A DNA stretch of 64,000 bases from Setoptus koraiensis (lineage: Eukaryota; Animalia; Arthropoda): positions 4,464,001-4,528,000 of the forward strand of contig CM106585.1 in the NCBI GenBank assembly GCA_048013815.1, written 5' to 3'. The position numbers were made by a program, and so were the translations under genes. Under the pieces are notes generated by a model. It did not search any database and had not been told where the DNA came from. It saw only the letters and a list, made by a program, of their open reading frames with translations. Positions 24,603 through 36,400 of this stretch are shown in pieces (position 1 is the stretch's first letter; each line of letters begins with the position of its first letter).

Positions 24603-27600
24603 AGGGGATCTCAATTTGACACACTTCAGAACTAACAAAAAACTTTTTGTGATGCCATTACGAGCTGCCTTTACGGACTAAATGCATTATTGTCAGCTAC
24701 TACTGATACTCATCCTAATATTGACATCACAGTATGTTAGTATTGATATTGTATAGATACTTAAACGATTTTCCATACTTGTAAATAAAACATTTTTATT
24801 ATTGATTGTGAGTTACAATCAATAAATTTTCCGTCACGAATATTATACTCTACTGAGAAGTCATAAAATGAGCTTTTCGACCTAGAATAATCTAGAGTCT
24901 ACCTCGCGGGTGTTCTCTTGCAATTTGGCAACCAGTCAAGATGCTCCTTACGGTAATATCTAAGGTGGACCCCCTTCAGGACCAGAATAACTGTCGATCC
25001 CAGATCAAAGAGCACCTCTTGTTATCGGATTTTCGAATAAAAAATCCTATCTTGTAGAGATTCATCACATATGTGCATATTTTCATCCCCATAGTGAACC
25101 ACTCAGTTCATAAGCGGCCTCGATAAATAGACTATTTCTATCAAGTGAATTCCAAAAGCTCCTTTCTCAAAACTGACCCGCTAGAGAGTATGGCAAACGA
25201 AATATGATACAGAATGAGGAATCTGTACAAGTGTTTTGTGTTTTTGAATAATTTTTAATTGTGTGTTATTTGTTGATTATAAGTGATTGCATATTATAAT
25301 ATTAATTGGTATAAGCTTGTATATAAGTGAAATGTCACTAGAAACGAATTGCTTCAAATTGCTTCTGTTGATCTGTTCACTAATGCAAGGCTAGTTTCAT
25401 CATTATCCATTATCAATAACCAGTTGAATTGGACAGAGAAGTTGTATCAAGACTAACGGAAATCTCAGTGTCAAACTCATTAAACACCGTATCATGCAAA
25501 GCGTTCGATATTATTCAATGGTCATTGAAGACAAATAATCTATCAATTATTTGCAGTTTTTGTTCGCTGTCATTGTAGGAACATCTAATAGCTGATGAAA
25601 TGGCCGTCGGTTCACTGGTCCGAGTCATAAATACCAACATTATATTTAATCATTGTTTGGCACTGTATATATATTTATGTATACATATATGTATATAAAT
25701 GTTTTTCTAAATATATGTGTGTGTGTGTTTTACTAGTGATCAATTTGCCAAACAAACAAATAGTTTGTAAGAAGACCAATAAAATGTCTAGATGACTAGT
25801 AATAAAAGTGAAACAAATTGTCATTACAACATTTGTTGTTTGTTGTCGCGATAAGCGCGTTTAGTTCAATCCTTGTTCAGGCCAGTTTGTTTAAATTGTA
25901 CAGTACGATGTTGTGATATGATTTGCATTTTGTTCATGTGAATTCATCAATTTTAAAATGATGTCGGCTTTGATCGTCTAAATACATTGTCGTTTGCGCT
26001 AATAATTCAGTATTCATTAATTTCGGTATAATTGTGTCGATAGAGCGACCGCTGGAATCGATGACTAACTTGTTGTTTGGTTCGAAACGATCACGAATCC
26101 GGTGTGTCTATTGTTGTTGTTGTTGTTGTTGTTGGTGAGTCGTAAACAATCAATTAATGGGTTCGTTCACATCGATCGATTGACTTCAGCCATTCCGGGC
26201 ACTGATCGAGTGTGATGAGTCAATGATCGACCAGATATGACCAACTATTATTATGTCTGCGGTGATGGCCGACAATGGTCATGTTATAACCATTAAATGA
26301 AGTAAGGTGGCCGCCTGAAACTAATGGACTAATAGACACTTCTGTTGTTGTAATTTGATGTGACGGCTGTAAATTCACTCATCATCATCATCTTCTCATA
26401 TTAACATCTCACTGTAGTTGCATTGCTGTGGTTAAAATGTTGTTTATTTCGTAGTCGTGGTGGCTGTTTGAATGTGGTTGAATGCTGTGTAAACAGACCA
26501 TGGTGTTGTTGTATAGCGACGACAATAGATAAACATTTGCCCCTAGTGAAATGTGATCCGTGTGTTCTATGTGCTCTATGTTTGCAGCGAGTTTAATCGG
26601 CATACAGAAACAGAATGGAATAAAAAGTTGATTAGTTAGATTAGTGATAACACTTTTGATAGTTGGTGTTGAATGTCGCTCAAGATGATCGTTCGACAAC
26701 AATCATGGATAAACAACTGTTGTTGTTGCGACAATAACAACAACTACTGCAATCTAATTCAAAAAAGTGACGAACATGCGAGAGAGTGTTGGATGTGAGC
26801 TTATGCAAGTGGCAATATCAGACTTATTATGATTATAAAAGGCCAGACAATGATGATAGATAACAACACAAAACAGAGAGAGAGAGATGGTGAGTGTAAC
26901 AGTTGGTGTCGGTGTCTGAATTAGGCTATATATACCAAGCGAACACAAACACTGTAAGCAGTGTAAACAAAAGCAACAGTGTTGTTGCTTTTGCAGTCAT
27001 CGTTGCCAGATAAAGCAAGCGTTCATTCGTGACGGCTTGGCCTAACAATGAAAATGTGACAGATAATTGAGCTTATAACTAAGCCGATTGATGTAGTTGT
27101 AAGTATATGTGAGGCACTATGTGCCTCAACAATGTCAGCAACAAGTGCGACTAATAAGCGTTGATACGGTGTCACACAACTGAGAGTGACAACGTAATGT
27201 TTGTAATCTATTTGTGGTAACTGTGGGACCCCTGAGAAGGTCACATGTGCCAGAGAGTTGAGAGGCATAACGAGAATGTGATTGTCATTGTCTAATCAGT
27301 CATCAGCTTACCTGTGTCATAAGTGGTGCAATAGTTTATCAGCAGAGACGATTAGTAAAATTGACGATCAGTTGTAATGAGTTGTGTGTGTGTGTTGCTG
27401 CTGTTTATATCCATTGTTTGAGTGTTTGCATTCTATAGGAACTTGACTGGACATTGATAGTGGCTGTGAAACTTGTTTAATAAACGATGTATGTCTGCGT
27501 ATTGTGTATTATATAATATATTATTCAGTATGGTTGCTGTGTTTGGTTACAGGTGATTGATAAGTATCATGATTGGTTGTTGCTGTTGCTATACTGCTAC

Positions 27601-29649
27601 GTGTGATATACCGCTATATGCTGTGTGTTGTGGGAGATTATGTATTCATTGTTTGTGATGTAATAAGTATTGCTGCAATAAAGGTAAAATATGCTTATGA
27701 ATTATGCTTATGTACATGAGCGTTGTTATGTTTATGCCCAAATGCGAGGGTAAGGAACGCGCAACAGACTCGACAAACTCTGATTGCACCAATTAACAGT
27801 TGAGGCCAGAATTGATCCGCTGGTCACCGGTATCAGCTGGCTCACATTTTGTAGTTGCTGCTCGCTGTATGTCGGCCGTTCGTGTTGTTGCCTGAAAGGT
27901 GAATGTGAACTATGTGTGTGTGTGTGTGTGTCTGCCATGCGATGTGACACGTGTAGTTTTTGGTGTGAATAATGTGAATCAATCTGCATAATGCTGCTAC
28001 ATAATAATAATTATAACGATTACGTAATTATGATTGATTGAATTGGTGTACGTGCAACGTACGGGCATGTGTTGTTGCTGTGTGTGTGTGTGTGGGCCAT
28101 ATATTGTATAGGTTAAATGATGATTGCACTTTACTAGCAAGTGTTAGTGTGCGGCCGTTTCTCTGTTTGTGACGCCACTCACAAGGTCAGTGATTAGGTG
28201 GACTTTGCACGGGTTCATTGGCCCGCGGCCGTTCCAGCCAGCCACTCACCTGTGGTCAGCTGTTGTCAGTAACGGAGATGCTCGATGACGTAGTGCGCTC
28301 GTCGGCATTGTTGTGTGGTTCGCGCCAACGTTGCTCGCACGAATGTTGCATGAATGTCGCAGCGCTTGCAGTCGCAATCAAGCTCGCCAGTTAATTGGGA
28401 GCCAATTGATTGAGAGCCAATTGATTCTCGGGGGCCTGTCGTGTTGATGCGACAATGTCGCGATAATTCAATAATAATATGCCAATAATAATACGTGTTG
28501 CTGCGAGGTGGCCGGCCGGCCGACCGGCCGGCCGGCGCTCAAATGTGGAACTGGCGCAATCCTATATGACGATGTCTATATATTATATAGACACACAACT
28601 AACTTTAGCTGGGTGTGTGTGTGTGTCGTGGCAAATGGCAAATGGCGGACGCGAAATGGCAGCTAGCTTGTTAGTGGCAATAAACAAGTGGCGGGCAAGC
28701 AAACAACAACTTGTTGGCGCATACTGTTGTCGCAACTTGTTTATTTGATCGCTTGCTCGCCGTTGCCATTGACGTTGTGAGTCGCCGTGAGCCAATGATA
28801 AATTGCCAATGCCGTCGGCCATTTGCAATGAAAAACAAAAATCATAATCTAATCTATAATACAGGTTGCATGCGCGCGCATGAGAGTAGTCGAGCTAGTA
28901 GCGACAGATAACGAGATGGCGAGATAGCAGCACGCCGATATTTGCCGCACTATGCATGCGTCGTGGTATTTGTCTATGTGTGTATCTAACAACAAGTATT
29001 GTAAGTATCTGTGTATTTGTGCACCGATACAACAATCGCAATCGAATCGGATTGCGACAAGTGTCAGCCCTAATCCGCCTCTAATCACTGCAGTCACAGT
29101 GTGATCATGCGAGTCTCGTCATGAGAGTCTCATCGGCGCAGTCTAATGAGCAAACGATGCGATGAGCTTCTAGATTCGCTTATCTGGCCTGTAGCTCTCG
29201 GAATGAATGATTGTAAATTGTTGTTGCTGCCATCGATGTAAATAGATCTGTTTATAATTATGCATGTGACACTATGGGCATGACTATGTTTGTGCTGACA
29301 ATGTTTGTGAGTGACGAAACAAGTCAATCAGATTAGACCTGCTGCACCACTGTTGCCTTTTCCACTCTTCTAACCTCTTACAAGCGCTCATATTTTTTTT
29401 TTCTGTTTGCGACATTCCAACCGAACGGCCAAATGACAACACAATCACGCTGTCTAAATAGACACACGCACATATTTATACACTGCAATCCCGTGTCATA
29501 TGATACATCGGCCATTTAAGCGCTTGAAAAGCGCACAACACTTTTCGCCACAAAACTCGCCATTGTCACAATTGTCACCCGATTGCGCTCTCGCTAATTC
29601 CAAACTTTGCCAACCTTTGCCCTCCCAACTGTCCATCAGCTAACGAGTC

Positions 29650-30257
29650 AGGCCACAACCGGGGGCCGAAAACGTTCGTTCGAAATTAGAAACGACCATT
29701 TCTCTGCTATTCACCACTTTTTCGAGACTCATTTTCACCGTTGGCTCGGAATCTTGAAAATACCGGAATCTCGAACACCGAAATCTCGAACACCGAAATC
29801 TCAAATACCAAGGTCTCGAATGCACAAAATCTCGACAGTCCGACACCTCGAAATGCCTGAAATCTATAATGCATAGAATCCGCGATTTTTTCAATCATTG
29901 GTCATTGTCATTTTCATCGAAATTGTACGCGAGAGAACTATCATCTCGGTGAAAATATAAAATCGAATGGGCACTTCTCTAGCGCGTAAACACCAACAAG
30001 CAACTGGTTGCATCATGCTAACTTGACAAGTGGCGTCCATCAAGTATTTCGCCAAAGTCTCAATTTCATTTAGCCTTCAGCATCTTTCCGAATTCCAATT
30101 TCTGATTTTCGGACCCCTGAAATTTTGGACTTTCTGAATTTCGGACTTTCGGACATCGGAATTTCAAGTTCGAAATTGCAACTCAAATCGAAATTTTGGC
30201 TTTTCGGGATTCTAGTATTCGAGAATGTGGGCTGGCCCCAGTGTTTGTGGCACACTG
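29650..30257. mobile_element. Decayed foldback/MULE-like non-autonomous element with inverted arrays of CCGAAAT/TTTCGGA-type subterminal repeats
   Basis: Left arm has 15-nt units CCGAAATCTCGAACA x~5 (29763-29840). Right arm has TTTCGGA/TTCGAG-type units in the opposite orientation (30085-30225). Short inverted ends GCCACAA..GGGGCC / GGCCCC..TTGTGGC. No TSD found. Confidence 0.45.
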
Positions 30258-33200
30258 TTTCTGCCATTCGAAATCTACGCACTCGGAAAAAACGTGCGTC
30301 ACTCATTGCATGTTACTCGTACAAAGAGCGCACATTTATTGCAATTTTCTATCGTCGTTTTCTTGTTGCACGAAATGCATATTTTATTATCTTGTGCCTA
30401 TCATCAGAAGTATAATGATATTTCGAAAAGAGGACACAAGAAGAGCCCAGCCATATAACCGTCAGCCAGCTCTTAGGATCTTCGAGCCAAGTGAGCGCAA
30501 GTACATCTAGACTTGAACTAACGACAATCTCTCTTGAGTCCATCACTCATAAGTTATGCTCCTGCAGTGTAAAATTAGTGTCATTTCTTTCTTAGAAACA
30601 ACTATCTAAAGCGCATTGTTTTGTGCAATAAACTGCAAACGAAAATTGCGATAAATGTGCGCCTACATTACATCTATATCGTACGATGCGCCACCTGTCA
30701 TAATTAATATCGGCATAATGATTCGCAATTCCTTCATGGCGACAATGGATAAAATGGCGCTTGCTGGTCTCGACTCATCCTGTTCAGCCGTTCTCGACCC
30801 GATAAGAAACGAGTCGACAGGAATTATTCGGATATAGCGTCAAGTTCGGTGCTTTTGTGAGGCCAAACACTGACGTTTGCATGCTGTAACTATTTGCCGC
30901 CAGAAAAATTGAGCATGGTCATCACATTCGCCTGTATAGGCCTGTCTCGAAAAGATACCGTGCCCGAAAATTCTGTTGCTAGCGTCGATGCGTCAGCGTT
31001 GATTTCAACGATTTTTCTCTTGTCTTCGAAGGGTATCCAACGCATGGGTCGGCTGTTGACACTTGGACTTGCAGGCGAAGCTCGTCTCAGAAGAAAAAAT
31101 CATTTTCATGCTTACAAAGCTTGTTAGAAAGTCAGAATGAGCAAAATGAAGCTCGTTCGTGCAAAGCAAGTTGAGAATGACAGGAAACAGACAATCGGCA
31201 GCCCATACGATGATAAATTGTGGTACAAACAGGTACACTGGCATATGAATGGTAGTCGGGCGACTCTTGCAACAGTGCTCGTTCGAACTGAGTGCAACCG
31301 CCTACTTCTGTTTATAGTTTTGATTGGTTCGAACTTCGAATCAACAGCAACAACAATAATCAATTAGGCAAACTGCAGCCGATGACTGCGAATTGTCTGA
31401 ATCAAACTGGCGACTGGTTGTTTGGCTGCATCGCATTGACATTATTATCGAACATTACCATCGGGACGCTGATAATGTTTGTGTCCATTGGGCAATTATT
31501 CAGGCAATAATTGTATTATATCATCATGCGATGTGGCCAGCAGTTGGTCTGAGGCAACCACTGGGCTTTTCTGGCCGGCTCGTCCAACAGCTAGAAATAA
31601 TCATTATCATTCGATCAATCGATAATCATTGAGCAAGCAAGCAAGCCAGCCAGCAGACGTGAAAATAGTCAGCGTCTCTGGCAGGCTCGTTTATTAGCTT
31701 CGTCATCGAGTGTCGTTCATTTGCAAAATTATGCCTCCTCTTGTTCACAGCGACGTTGAGTGGCTGCGGTTGGCATGGACCACAAACAACTGGCGACTGG
31801 CAACGCACTCAGGTGCTCACCTGAGCCCAATGATTAGATGAGTGTCAGTAATGACGATATTTCTAGTCGACATGCTGCTGCTGCCGCCGAGGAAATAATC
31901 AAAAAATATATTTTTATTTCTATTTCTATTTGTGCGCTCTCTAAGGATTTTCTTGTTCCATGAGTCGACGTCGCATTGGAATAAAGTTGAAATAATGACG
32001 GCACCACTGGCAAGAAACTGGAAATATTGCCGCTAGTTGCAAGCCACTGCGAGACACACCAACCACACACACACTGAGTCGCGTCGGTCGCAAGGCGAGC
32101 ATGATTGAAAAGTTTAGACGTTCAATTTTTAATGTCGCTCGACGATGCAACACAAGATAGCAGATTTGCCATTTATCTATTTTTGATATTGCAAGATAAG
32201 CGAACCAAACAAGTGGCCGGCCGGCTGGTCGGCCGTATTTTATGTGTATCATAGATTACACAAAATGAGAAAAGATTGTATAACAGCAACACATCGACAT
32301 GGTGCGTTTACCTGGTCTCATGTCGCTGGCTCGTTGGCTCGTCGGGCCGTCGGGCTGGCTGGCATCGGGCGAGCATTAAGCAGTGACATGAAGCCAGCCG
32401 TTGGCGACACCAACAAAATTTATGTGTTCGGCCAACAGGTGATATTGGCGACACTTGTCACATGCGTCGGAACCGATTGCACGCGCTTATTTACGCTCGA
32501 ATTCTTCGCTTCTTTTCTCGACGTCAACTGGCGGCCGAGCAGTAAATAGCAGCCACTTAGCCGTATTTGAGCGCATGTGTACATGTATGCGAGCCGGCGA
32601 GAGACAGGGCCAACGAAGTGGCATCAAACAGCGATACGGCAGAGCGATATGTGTCAGTGAGAGCCGCCTGTAGCCATAAAAAAAATAGGCGAACGTAATG
32701 AAGATTTATTGGCGAAATCAATTAATTGTTGCCAGTGCAACAGTTGGCTTTGTCAGTGTTCGCCGGCGTGTTGCACAGCGACGCTGACAATATCAAGAGA
32801 ATACGAGAGAAAATAATATGAGAGCAAAATGAGCAAAGAGAGATAGATCAAAACGGTGACGTATGAATAGACCGAATTGAGTTGTAGCCTACAACTTGTA
32901 GGGCGAAAGTCGCGCGGGCAAATAGAAGCGGCGCATTAATTATTAATTGTGGGCAATAAATAAGGGATCAATGTTGTTGCACAACGAAACACAACAATAT
33001 ACGACACAATTACACACGATATGCTGTTGCATAGAGCACACACGATTATGTCACACTATTACGTCCGACTGGCACGGCTCCACAGGCAATTGCAGCCGCA
33101 GCCGCTGCGACCGTCGGAATCCGACCGCTGGAATCCGGCAATTGGAATTCTTCGGCTGTCGGGCTCGCCGCTGTTCGCCGATTCGTTGCGCCGGTCGCTG

Positions 33201-34673
33201 CGCCAACAACCCGCGCGCCGGTATGCGTACGTTATCTGAGCCAGGTATCGATAGAGAGAAATGCCACAATGAATGATTTGGTCGCATAGCAGAGATGCTG
33301 GCCGCCAGATAACGGCCGAGCCAAACGCCAATGTCGTATGCTAATGCGCCAATTCCGTTTCCAGTGGCCACTGGCTTGTGATAGCCGAGCAGATCAATAG
33401 ACGAGATTGGTCGCGGTCACAAATGAGGGCCGCGCCAGATTAGATGAGATTGCGCCACTGCCGATAAGACTCTGGCCACAAGCTGGCCGGCCAAGTGGCC
33501 AGAATGGCCCAAGTGGCCGAAATGGCCCGCCAGTGCAAACATTTGCGTCTCGTGTGTGCGGCCGTAATTCATTCTAATTAATTCAGCTATCATCGGGCTC
33601 GTCTAATGAGCCAACATCAATCAGCGCCAACCAATTGCATCCAGTGCCAGCCCGTCACTAATTACCACATAACCACTAGCCAGCATGGCCTTGTGACGCA
33701 AGTCTCATCCAATTAAATCTAACTGAATTGGCTCATGTGCGCGTTTCCACACAGCCAATGGAGCCAATGGAGCCAATTGAGCCAATTGCAGCGAGTCTGC
33801 TGATTGCTTGAGCCCGCCTCAAACAATCGTAAACAACAAGGGGATAAACGGGCGCATAAACGAGTGAAAGTCTCGCCAACTGCCGACTGGCGAATGATGT
33901 AACTAGTGGCTAATTAGCGACAATGGGTGCTCGCCATGACGTGCTGCGCCTGTTGCTAACAGGATATAGATAAAGGGATATAGATAACAGGATGTAGATG
34001 ATGGGAGGATAAAGACGAAAGACGAAGAATAAAGACACAGACAGGATAGTCATCTGACGATTGTTTACGATTTAACAATGGCTGGCTCGAACAATATCGT
34101 AAGATGTTTATTGGCCGATATTGATCTGTATATTTACATCGTGTGTAGCATATTTATATCGTGTGCAATATTTGTGTGTCAATGGTAGCTTGTGGCAGCC
34201 CAACAGAGAGATTATGCCGAGATTTGGCGTTGTTGCCTAGATAACTATGATAGATTATATTAATTATACAGTGGCTGAACAAACAATCTGAAGCGATTAT
34301 TGACGATTTTCTTGGCGATTATTGACGATTTTATTGGCGACCATCGTCGCGGTATCTAAGCGATCTGTAAATCTGTTTATGTACGCAGACGAGTATAATA
34401 TAAAATCGCGCTTTTGTCGCTGATGCATTTTTGAGGCTGCCAACTCTAACCAACCAATATTCTATATATTGCGAGAGAATTTGATTCACTCCGACACACA
34501 ACAATTAAGTGAGTCAGACAATCAATCACGCGTCTCCAGGGCAATCACACAGCCACAATTACTGAGCAATTATAAAATAATCTATAATCTGAATATAATA
34601 ATAATAACAATATATTCAAAGCTCCCCTAAAACTTAAAAACTCGCGCCTATCAAAAACTTTTCTTCGCTGAAA

Positions 34674-35932
34674 ATGCCCGTCGCCACAGCAACAAGTGTC
34701 AAAGATTTCATAGTCGGATTCGATCATCTCACTTTCTGGGTAAACAATCGCAACTAAACTAGTGACTCACTAACCAACAATCAATGCAATGTAATAATAC
34801 TAATGACATACAAAATATTCGTCACCAATGTTCTAATTAGGTCAGCAATGCAAAACAGGCGGCAGTGTTTTATTGCAAACTGTTCGGCTTTACACCGTTC
34901 GCCTATAAAGGCCTGGAGACGGGCTCCAGGCAGGTTGTGTCGCATGTGATAAGGCAACACGACATAGTGTTTCAGTTTCAGTCGGCCTTAGAGCCGGGAA
35001 ACAGAGAATTTGGCGACTATCTCATGAAGCATGGCGATTCTGTCAGGGACGTTGCTTTCTCTGTGATTAAAATTGAACAAATAGTAGAGCATGTTAGGAA
35101 GCAAGGTGGAACAATAGTGGAAGAGGTTCACGAGATAGTGGATGCCAGAGGCAAGGTTAAAATGGCCATTATCAGTCCACATGATGATTTTACTCACACC
35201 CTCGTGGAAAGACAGGTACCATTTGGTAAGGCAAAACAAAACAATTTCTTACCAGGCTACGGTGATTCGCCCATACAAAATATTTTTGATTATCTCGATA
35301 GAGAGACGGGGCCCAGATTGCATTTTGTTGATCATTGCGTCAACAATCAACCCGATCATATGATGGAGTCAATTGTGAGCTGGTATGAGAAAAATCTTAG
35401 ATTTCACAGATTTTGGTCAGTGGACGACAGTCAAATTCACACTAAATATTCATCGCTTAGATCAATTGTGGTGACAAATCAGAGTGAAACAATTAAGATG
35501 CCCATAAATGAGCCGGCGCAGGGCATGAGAAAGTCACAAATTCAAGAATTTGTTGAATATCACGGCGGCGGAGGTATACAACATATTGCCTTGAATACGG
35601 ACGATATTGTTGGCGCTGTTAGGTGGCTTAAAAATCACGGCGTTCAATTCATGGATACACCCAATGTCTATTATGACCAATTGGAGCACAAACTAAAAAC
35701 TGCCTCCATACACGTTAAAGAAGATCTGAAAGTTCTAAGAGAGTTGAAAATACTAATCGACTATGATGAACAGGGTTATTTATTGCAATTGTTTACCAAA
35801 CCTCTGGAGGATCGGCCGACATTGTTCATTGAGATTATACAACGACGCAATCACAGCGGCTTTGGTGTTGGCAATTTCAAGAGTCTGTTTGAGTCAATTG
35901 AGGCTGAACAAAGAGCCAGAGGAAATTTGTGA
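34674..35932 (+). CDS. HPD: 4-hydroxyphenylpyruvate dioxygenase, 385 aa; exons 34674-34739 and 34841-35932
   Basis: [22 protein letters not shown]|[12 protein letters not shown] across a 101-nt intron (GTAAAC...TAATTAG). Iron ligands in [16 protein letters not shown] and LFIEIIQR; C-terminal [15 protein letters not shown]. Confidence 0.96.
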
Positions 35933-36400
35933 TTTGTTTTACTAAAAACTACTCGTCGACAGAGCGTAATTATACAAGCGACGAGCGAGTCTATAATAAA
36001 CGAGTTATCATCACCATCAGCATTAATAAGCTGTTGACACCTAATATCGATATTTTTTGTTTTTCATGGGTAACAATTTCTTAATTTCATCCTTCGCAAC
36101 AAAAAACTTTTTATCTGGCAATGTCGATTTCGAAATTCGACACTTGAATTTGGCGCTGAACGAGTTGTTGCATTTCGACGACCAGTGTCGGAGTGAACTC
36201 TATAAATTAGTGCGTAACTGATGCGCTATATTGCATGTGTTTCGAGTGACGTATTTTAGCAAAATGTAGCAGTGATTCAGCGCAAATTGCAGCCCCATCT
36301 GGCTGGACAATGACATGTAACTGGGTCTTCCAAAACAAGGTGCAAGCCGGCCAACAGTCACTAGTATCCACGTGGACTAACAGGTTTATCCTGATTAAAT

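Noticed and set aside
24980-25018. VLFDLGSTVILV on the minus strand, resembling a retropepsin D(T/S)G motif
   Set aside because: The motif is broken (DLG), the frame is flanked by stops, and there is no RT, integrase or LTR nearby. One short match is not enough.
31077-31090. GAAGCTCGTCTC matches the first 12 nt of miR-993
   Set aside because: The match stops at 12 nt, there is no precursor hairpin, and there is no Hox context.
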